Positions 57,813 to 64,000 of a DNA stretch of 64,000 nucleotides are shown here, piece by piece. The position numbers were made by a program, and so were the translations under genes. This stretch comes from an uncultured Candidatus Saccharibacteria bacterium (GTDB lineage Bacteria; Patescibacteriota; Minisyncoccia; Phycocordibacterales; UBA9973). Position 1 is the first letter of the stretch. Each line of letters begins with the position of its first letter. The DNA lies in assembly GCA_964456475.1 (NCBI GenBank), contig CAYVZI010000003.1, positions 14,092 through 78,091 of the forward strand, written 5' to 3'. Below the pieces are notes generated by a model. The model did not search any database, was not told where the DNA came from, and saw nothing but the letters and a program-made list of their open reading frames with translations.

Positions 57813-58745
57813 ATGAAAAAAATGTTTATTTTGCTCGCAGCGGCCATATTTGGCGCATTTTCAATTACTCATGCTCAGCTTACTGTAGCTATGAGCCAAT
57901 CCAATGCTCAGATGGGCATGAGGGTTGTAAGTATAATGACCGGAATGACACCGGGGAATACAATAGTGCGGAACATCCGTATGTATGATGACATTACCCA
58001 TACTGCCACTGCGGCGGGGTTGAGGGACACATTTGTGGCTATCAGCCCAATAGCGACCCGGGTGGATACATTACGTACTTCTGTGCCGTATCCACATGTT
58101 TACTTCATCACGGACACAGTGATGGAAATTGATTCAACCGGCGCCATTATCGACATTGCGTTTGCGGTAAATGATACTGGAATACGGTTATCACCGTATT
58201 TTATCAATCCGACTCAGGCTGTTAAGAACCATAAGTCTGACACGGCGAATGCATATTTTGACGGGACTTTTATGTCCGGATATGACGATGCTGTGGTGAC
58301 CGTTGTGGTTTCTTATGGTGACACTACTTTCAAGAACCCGGTAAAATCACATCCAGCGGTAATTGATACGATTTTGCCAATCTTGGGTACAACCGTGCAA
58401 GCAGTTTCAAGGGCAGTGGTAATTCCGATCGGGGTAAATAATTTTCCATACAGTTTCCGTGTGTATATACGGAACAGTAAAAAAACGGATTCGTCTGCGG
58501 TCTACAAAGGTCGCACCCACGGTGGAATAACTTCCGGTGTGATGGATCCAATCGGTAAGTTTTCGGGATACGTCTCGATTTACAACTTGGAAGGGAAGCT
58601 GATCTATGCTGATCATTTTATGGATGTATCAGACATGGATAAAGTTCGTGATGCTGTTTCAATCACCGGAATATATATCTTGGTTGTAAAAACAGAAACC
58701 GGCATACCGTGGATACAGGAAAAAATACGGATTTCAAAAGAATAG
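57813..58745 (+). CDS. Secreted beta-rich protein with a T9SS type-A sorting-domain-like C-terminus
   Basis: Signal peptide THA-Q; VSIYNLEGKLI..GIYILVVKTETG..EKIRISK. Confidence 0.7.
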   Translation: MKKMFILLAAAIFGAFSITHAQLTVAMSQSNAQMGMRVVSIMTGMTPGNTIVRNIRMYDDITHTATAAGLRDTFVAISPIATRVDTLRTSVPYPHVYFITDTVMEIDSTGAIIDIAFAVNDTGIRLSPYFINPTQAVKNHKSDTANAYFDGTFMSGYDDAVVTVVVSYGDTTFKNPVKSHPAVIDTILPILGTTVQAVSRAVVIPIGVNNFPYSFRVYIRNSKKTDSSAVYKGRTHGGITSGVMDPIGKFSGYVSIYNLEGKLIYADHFMDVSDMDKVRDAVSITGIYILVVKTETGIPWIQEKIRISKE

Positions 58746-58911
58746 ACAATATTTTTTCATGCAATAGTAAAAAACCTCCAGTAATGGAGGTTTTATTTTT
58801 TATACATTTCCCGCTTAATATTAAAAGAAGGCCATCGAGGCCTTCTTTTAATATGTTTCTTACTTCGTGATTACTCGAAGTCTTCAAGAGCATAAATTTC
58901 CGGTAGGAAAT

Positions 58912-59493
58912 TTATGCTCTTTCCACATATTCACCAGTTTCGGTGTTTACTACAATTTTGTCGCCAGTTTCTACGAAAAATGGTGCGGAGATGTTTGTGC
59001 CGTTTTCGAGTGTGATAACCTTACCGCCACCGTTGGCAGTGTTGCCTTTGATTGATGGGGGAGCTTCTTTGACAACGAATGTTGTTTTGATTGGCAAAAT
59101 GACACCAATTGTTTCTTCCTCGTCCTCATCGTTGGTCCAAACGAGTGCCTGGACGATTTGGTTTGGATTTAAAAATTTTATTTTATCACCAAGGAGCTTG
59201 TCAGGAAGCATAAAACGATTCGAAGGATTTTTTGGGTCGGCAAACCAGTATTCACCTTTGTTGGTAAAAAGGAATTTCGTCTCGCGCTTTTCAAGATCAG
59301 CTTCGTCGGCTGAATCTGACACGTGAAAGACTTCGTTGTAGGCCTTACCACTCTTGAGTGAGCGGAGCTTTACTGCATTTTGAGGTTTGCGCTGTTGGGT
59401 GCGGGCAACGTGGTTGTCGAGCACTTCACATGGCTCATCATTATGAATGATAATTTTGCCGGTGCGGATTTCGTTGTATTCGAGTTTTGCCAT
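58912..59493 (-). CDS. efp: Elongation factor P (atypical loop)
   Basis: KGNTA..K..TLENG..APFFVETGDKIVVNTETGEYVERA. Confidence 0.93.
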   Translation of the reverse strand: MAKLEYNEIRTGKIIIHNDEPCEVLDNHVARTQQRKPQNAVKLRSLKSGKAYNEVFHVSDSADEADLEKRETKFLFTNKGEYWFADPKNPSNRFMLPDKLLGDKIKFLNPNQIVQALVWTNDEDEEETIGVILPIKTTFVVKEAPPSIKGNTANGGGKVITLENGTNISAPFFVETGDKIVVNTETGEYVERA

Positions 59494-59644
59494 AGGAATA
59501 GATAATTAGGCGCTAGATAATTAGGCTCTAGCAGATACGGATAATAAGGTCAGACAAGGGGATTCTACTTGAAATACGGCCTTTTTTCAAGCTCAATTGA
59601 CTCACGGGTGCAATAGGGATATAGTTTTAAAAAATCATTTTCTT

Positions 59645-60085
59645 ATGAACACACACACATTCAGATACGAACTTTACGGCCAACTCGCGTTTAGTATTGC
59701 CGTTGGACTGGTCCCAGGGGATTTTCTTACTCATTTTATTGAGAATAGCAGTACCTACAAGGCTTCGGTGCTTACGCTTGCCCGTAAAATGAATCCCGAT
59801 GTTACGCCAAATATTGTCATTAAATATTTGACTGATATTAGTAAACCTACCGAACTTTGGGTTTTGCATCCAGATAGAGAGTGTCCTATATTCGGAAAAT
59901 ATTCCGCGGTAGCGTATGCAGATTTTATTCTTCGCTCAACAAAGAACACCCCAAATCAGTTGCGCGAAAACCTTCATTCGATTATGGAGAACGGGCGTTT
60001 GTATGAGAATGGTCATTTGCGCACGGTAACACACAAAGAAATTGACTATTTTATCGAGCAGGTAGAAGCTGAGTTATCTTGCTAA
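59645..60085 (+). CDS. Hypothetical protein (orphan)
   Basis: ORF with TTGACT-17-TATAGT promoter. Confidence 0.6.
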   Translation: MNTHTFRYELYGQLAFSIAVGLVPGDFLTHFIENSSTYKASVLTLARKMNPDVTPNIVIKYLTDISKPTELWVLHPDRECPIFGKYSAVAYADFILRSTKNTPNQLRENLHSIMENGRLYENGHLRTVTHKEIDYFIEQVEAELSC

Positions 60086-60168
60086 TTTAAATTGCGTTCT
60101 GGGTAAACCCAGAACGCAATTTTTTAAAGCTAAAAAGCTTAACAGCTGCAAAGCTTGAAAGCTGTTTT

Positions 60169-61242
60169 CTACTCTCCCGCGCTTGCGACTTGGATTTCGC
60201 TGAAGCGTGAGCGGATTGTCTTTTCGATTTCTTTTTCCATTTTCGCGTTTTGCTTGAGGAATGTGCGAGTGGCGTCATAGCCACGACCCATTTTGACTTC
60301 TTCAGCTTTGCTCCCATCTTTGTTTTGCGGGGTATACGTATATGATCCACCGGAAGATTTGGCAACGATACCAATCTTTTCTCCGAGAGCCATGAGTTCG
60401 CCTTCGTATGAAATTCCTTCACCGTAGATGATATCGAACTCAGTCTGCTTGAATGGGGCAGCGACCTTGTTTTTGACCACTTTCACGCGCGTGCGACCTC
60501 CGACCACTTCTTCGCCTTTTTTGATCTGGGCAATGCGACGAATGTCGAGACGGATAGATGTGTAGAATTTGAGCGCCTTTCCACCTGGAGTGGTTTCTGG
60601 GTTGCCGAACATGATACCGATTTGCATGCGAATCTGGTTGATGAAGATAACGACAGTGTTTGATTTTGAAACGATGGCGGTGAGTTTGCGGAGCGCCTGA
60701 CTCATGAGGCGTGCTTGTTTACCGACGTGTTGTGCTCCCATGTCACCCTCGATTTCATCTTTTGGAGTAAGTGCGGCTACTGAGTCGATAACCACCACGG
60801 CAATCTTTCCCGAACGGACGAGTGATTCACAGATTTCGAGACCTTGTTCACCAGTATCAGGCTGGGAGATGAGGAGTTCGTTGGTATTTACGCCAAGGTT
60901 CTTGGCATAGACTGGGTCCATTGCGTGTTCGGCGTCGATGAATGCACAGATACCGCCTTTCTTTTGGGCTTCAGCCACAATGTGGAGGGCGAGCGTGGTC
61001 TTACCAGAGGATTCCGGTCCAAAGATTTCGATGATACGTCCGCGGGGGATTCCTCCGACACCAAGAGCCATATCAAGCCCCATCGATCCTGATGGGATGA
61101 CATCGACATCCACTTTTGGAGTGTCGCCGAGCTTCATGATCGCACCCTCTCCAAACTTTGTTTGGATTGATTTGATGGTGTCGATGATGTCCATCCCAGT
61201 TTCTTTCTTTTCTTTCGGCGCTTTTTTTGCAAATCCAGCCAT
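60169..61242 (-). CDS. recA: Recombinase RecA
   Basis: [27 protein letters not shown]. Confidence 0.99.
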   Translation of the reverse strand: MAGFAKKAPKEKKETGMDIIDTIKSIQTKFGEGAIMKLGDTPKVDVDVIPSGSMGLDMALGVGGIPRGRIIEIFGPESSGKTTLALHIVAEAQKKGGICAFIDAEHAMDPVYAKNLGVNTNELLISQPDTGEQGLEICESLVRSGKIAVVVIDSVAALTPKDEIEGDMGAQHVGKQARLMSQALRKLTAIVSKSNTVVIFINQIRMQIGIMFGNPETTPGGKALKFYTSIRLDIRRIAQIKKGEEVVGGRTRVKVVKNKVAAPFKQTEFDIIYGEGISYEGELMALGEKIGIVAKSSGGSYTYTPQNKDGSKAEEVKMGRGYDATRTFLKQNAKMEKEIEKTIRSRFSEIQVASAGE

Positions 61243-61319
61243 TTGATTAGGGTCTAGGTTCTAGGGACTAGGTTCTAGTCGCTCGACACCCAGATGTGAT
61301 TAACTTCTAATAATTATTT

Positions 61320-61445
61320 TTAGGATTGGGATGAACAGATGCAGTTTGAGGCGAAAACTGTATTTTGCACGGAAACGTACTAGAAGTACGGTGAGTACAA
61401 AATAGGGTTTTCAACAATGAAATGCGCTGTTCATACCGATCCTAA
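61320..61445 (-). repeat. Palindromic GTAC-core element, copy 3
   Basis: TIR ttaggattgggatgaacag / ctgttcataccgatcctaa; core homologous to copies 1 and 2. Confidence 0.75.
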
Positions 61446-61795
61446 CTTTTGTAATAAATTCGATATATCTTTTCGGTGGTTCTTTTGAATCGGTCGGTGA
61501 CCTCAATCTGTATTGTATTCTCTCCCGGCAATAGAGCAAGCGTGTCTTCCCAGGTGCCATCTCCAGCCAAGGACACGGTATGACCGTTGATGACAAGCAG
61601 GTTTGCGTGCCGAGCATTGCCAGAATACGTGAGGATACCTTCGCTTGTAGACATACCGTCGTGTATTCCATCGACAGAGAATGAAATGCCAAACAATATA
61701 TCTCGCCCGATCCATATTCCGTATCCGAGAACGAGTACGATGCTGGTAATGGCACCTCCTATTCTAAGTGTTTTTTTGAGATTGAAACGTTCCAT
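61442..61795 (-). CDS. Small membrane-anchored Ig-like protein
   Basis: N-terminal TM; INGH..DGTW..LLPGENTIQIEVTDRF. Confidence 0.75.
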   Translation of the reverse strand: MERFNLKKTLRIGGAITSIVLVLGYGIWIGRDILFGISFSVDGIHDGMSTSEGILTYSGNARHANLLVINGHTVSLAGDGTWEDTLALLPGENTIQIEVTDRFKRTTEKIYRIYYKS

Positions 61796-61880
61796 AACGT
61801 AAAAATTAAAATGAAAAAAGCAAAACGACAACTAAAAATCTAAAATGGAATGCGGGTTAATAATTTTTCATTTTTATCTT

Positions 61881-64000
61881 TTAATTTTGCATTTCTGTTG
61901 GTACATCCATAATTCCATCACCTTGTTTGATGAGTACGTCGCGTGGCTTGGCTCCGCTACCCGGACCGATCACTCCGCGCTCTTCGAGCATGTCGATGAG
62001 ACGAGCAGCGCGTGCGTATCCGACACCGAGCTTGCGCTGTAGGTATGAAGTCGAAGCTTTTCCAGCCTCAATAACGGTCATGCGAGCATCTTCGTAGAGT
62101 TCATCTTCGTTTTCGCCGTCAGAGTCAAGATTGGCGTCGAAGATTGTCTTATCTGGCGACACAGATCCTGAAAGTACGATTTCGTCGGCACCGTCTGACT
62201 CATTATGATCAATGATGAATTTCACGATTTCCTTCACTTCACCTTCGGAAATAAATGCACTTTGAAGACGTTCTGGTTGTGGTTTGTCACCAGCTGCGTA
62301 GAGCATGTCTCCGGCACCAAGAAGTTTTTCGGCTCCGCCTGTGTCGAGAATCGTACGTGAATCGATTTGGGAAGAAACTTGAAGGGCAATACGTGCTGGA
62401 ACGTTGGCTTTGATGAGACCAGTAATGACATTCACCGATGGGCGCTGTGTTGAAAGGAGAAGGTGAATACCGACAGCACGCGACATCTGAGCAAGGCGCA
62501 CAATCGCAGACTCGAGTTCTCGTGGGTAGCTCTGCATGATATCAGCCAATTCGTCGATGATGATGACTATATATGGCATTGGGTCAGCTGCAACTTCATC
62601 AGTTTTGCCTTTTTTTGCATCACCCACCACGGTCTTGTGATAGCTTTCGATGTCGCGTACTGATTCGGCTTGAAGGATGTCATATCGGCGATCCATTTCC
62701 TTGGCTGCCCATTTGAGTGCGAGGATGGCCTTCTTGGCATCAGTAATGACTGGGGTGAGAAGATGAGGGATATTCTTATATAAGGTAAGTTCCACGCGCT
62801 TCGGGTCAATCATGATGAAGCGCATCTCGTCGGGTCCGTTGCGATAGAGGAGAGATACGACAATAGAGTGAATAGTGACGGACTTTCCAGATCCAGTTGC
62901 GCCGGCGACAAGTACGTGAGGCATTTTGGCAAGATTTCCAAAATTCGCCATACCATTGATTCCTCGTCCAAGTGCCACAGTGAGCGGCTTTTCTGAATTT
63001 TTGAATTTATCATCAGACAAAAGCGTAGCCATTCCCACGATTGATTTTGCCTTGTTTGGGATTTCGATACCTACCAGACTCTTGCCTGGAATCGGGGCTT
63101 CTATACGGATTGGGTGAGCAGCGAGTGCAAGTGAGAGGTCGTTTTGAAGACCAACAATACGAGAAAGTTTTACACCTTCAGCAGGCTTGAGCGCATATCT
63201 TGTGACAGTCGGTCCGATTGTCACCTCGTCCATCTCGACTTCAATACCGAAGTTTGAAAGCGAACGTTTGATGATGTTGGCGTTGGCTTTGACATCACCC
63301 ACATTCGGTTTACCGGAATCTCGTTTGAGGAGATCGAGTGGTGGTGGCACATATGATGAATATGCTTTGCGGATTTTTTGCTTCGGCAAGATTTCCAATT
63401 CATCCATCAATGATTCATTTCCTGATGGACTTACCTCATCATCAATTTGTTGAGATTTTGGTACGGGTTGTGGTTCTGGAACTTGTGTATTGTCGTTGAC
63501 CACGAGACGCTTGTTGGCGAGTGCTTGCGCTTTGCGTGCATCGCGACGTGCCTCCCATCTTTCGATGAGACCGTTGACTATCGAAAGAGTAGGACGGGTA
63601 TCAAAAAGTACGACGAGCGAAATAATGAGAAACGCTCCAAGAAAAAGAATCGCACCAAGTGTGCCGAATGGTCGTTCGAAGATGAATCCAAAAAATTTTC
63701 CGATGACTCCACCGGCATGACTTGGATTGCTTGCAATGTCGATGAGACCAAGTGTCCCCATCAAAAAAAGTATCGAACCTACACCTTGAGTGAGTGCGAT
63801 GTGTGGTCGTCCTGTGCGTACAAAAGTGATACCAAGAAATGCACATAAGATCGGAAGAAGGACGTATCCAACACCGAACAAATATTTTCCTGCGCTGTGT
63901 ACACCAGCCCCGACTGGTCCGCCAGAACCGAATCCTGCTATTACAAAAAAAAGTGCGAGTGCGAGAAATATGACTCCGACTACGGTGTGTCTTGTCTCAT
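61881..64000 (-). CDS. ftsK: DNA translocase FtsK/SpoIIIE (5' end outside the window)
   Basis: AGATGSGKS, IDELAD, TQRPS, gamma domain STSYLQRKLGVGYARAARLID; frame open to the window edge. Confidence 0.97.
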   Translation of the reverse strand, partial: ETRHTVVGVIFLALALFFVIAGFGSGGPVGAGVHSAGKYLFGVGYVLLPILCAFLGITFVRTGRPHIALTQGVGSILFLMGTLGLIDIASNPSHAGGVIGKFFGFIFERPFGTLGAILFLGAFLIISLVVLFDTRPTLSIVNGLIERWEARRDARKAQALANKRLVVNDNTQVPEPQPVPKSQQIDDEVSPSGNESLMDELEILPKQKIRKAYSSYVPPPLDLLKRDSGKPNVGDVKANANIIKRSLSNFGIEVEMDEVTIGPTVTRYALKPAEGVKLSRIVGLQNDLSLALAAHPIRIEAPIPGKSLVGIEIPNKAKSIVGMATLLSDDKFKNSEKPLTVALGRGINGMANFGNLAKMPHVLVAGATGSGKSVTIHSIVVSLLYRNGPDEMRFIMIDPKRVELTLYKNIPHLLTPVITDAKKAILALKWAAKEMDRRYDILQAESVRDIESYHKTVVGDAKKGKTDEVAADPMPYIVIIIDELADIMQSYPRELESAIVRLAQMSRAVGIHLLLSTQRPSVNVITGLIKANVPARIALQVSSQIDSRTILDTGGAEKLLGAGDMLYAAGDKPQPERLQSAFISEGEVKEIVKFIIDHNESDGADEIVLSGSVSPDKTIFDANLDSDGENEDELYEDARMTVIEAGKASTSYLQRKLGVGYARAARLIDMLEERGVIGPGSGAKPRDVLIKQGDGIMDVPTEMQN

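Noticed and set aside
1-64000. CRISPR array or rRNA genes
   Set aside because: No regularly spaced repeat-spacer series, no cas genes and no rRNA signatures seen.

Overview
This 64 kb window looks like a chromosome segment of a Patescibacteria (CPR) genome, most likely Parcubacteria. That placement is inferred from rplK without rplA, rpsR without rplI, alpha2 GlyRS, type-2 IleRS, and TGA used as a stop codon. Housekeeping genes include secE-nusG-rplK, dcd/folA/thyA, glyA-tmk-dut-argS, ileS, glyQS, metG, rpsF-ssb-rpsR, efp, recA and a partial ftsK. Highlights: (1) a mirror-symmetric four-gene cassette (9.9-13.2 kb) in which a tRNA-dependent cyclodipeptide synthase and a SAM methyltransferase converge, each divergently paired with one of two paralogous winged-helix regulators carrying its own palindromic operator, a candidate diketopiperazine signalling circuit; (2) a cobalamin scavenging locus (ECF S-component, class II RNR, PduO, B12 riboswitch, DUF4430 and transcobalamin-like surface proteins); (3) secreted orphans with Bacteroidota-style signal peptides and a shared 27-bp promoter block, one ending in a T9SS-like sorting domain; (4) a direct-repeat-flanked island with a GpgS-phosphatase fusion; (5) an ultrashort-stem-I T-box with a terminator upstream of a GIHH-type IleRS2 that carries an inserted histidine phosphatase domain; (6) several families of palindromic and heptamer repeats. 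No CRISPR array or rRNA was seen. All calls come from motif recognition by eye; no database searches were run.
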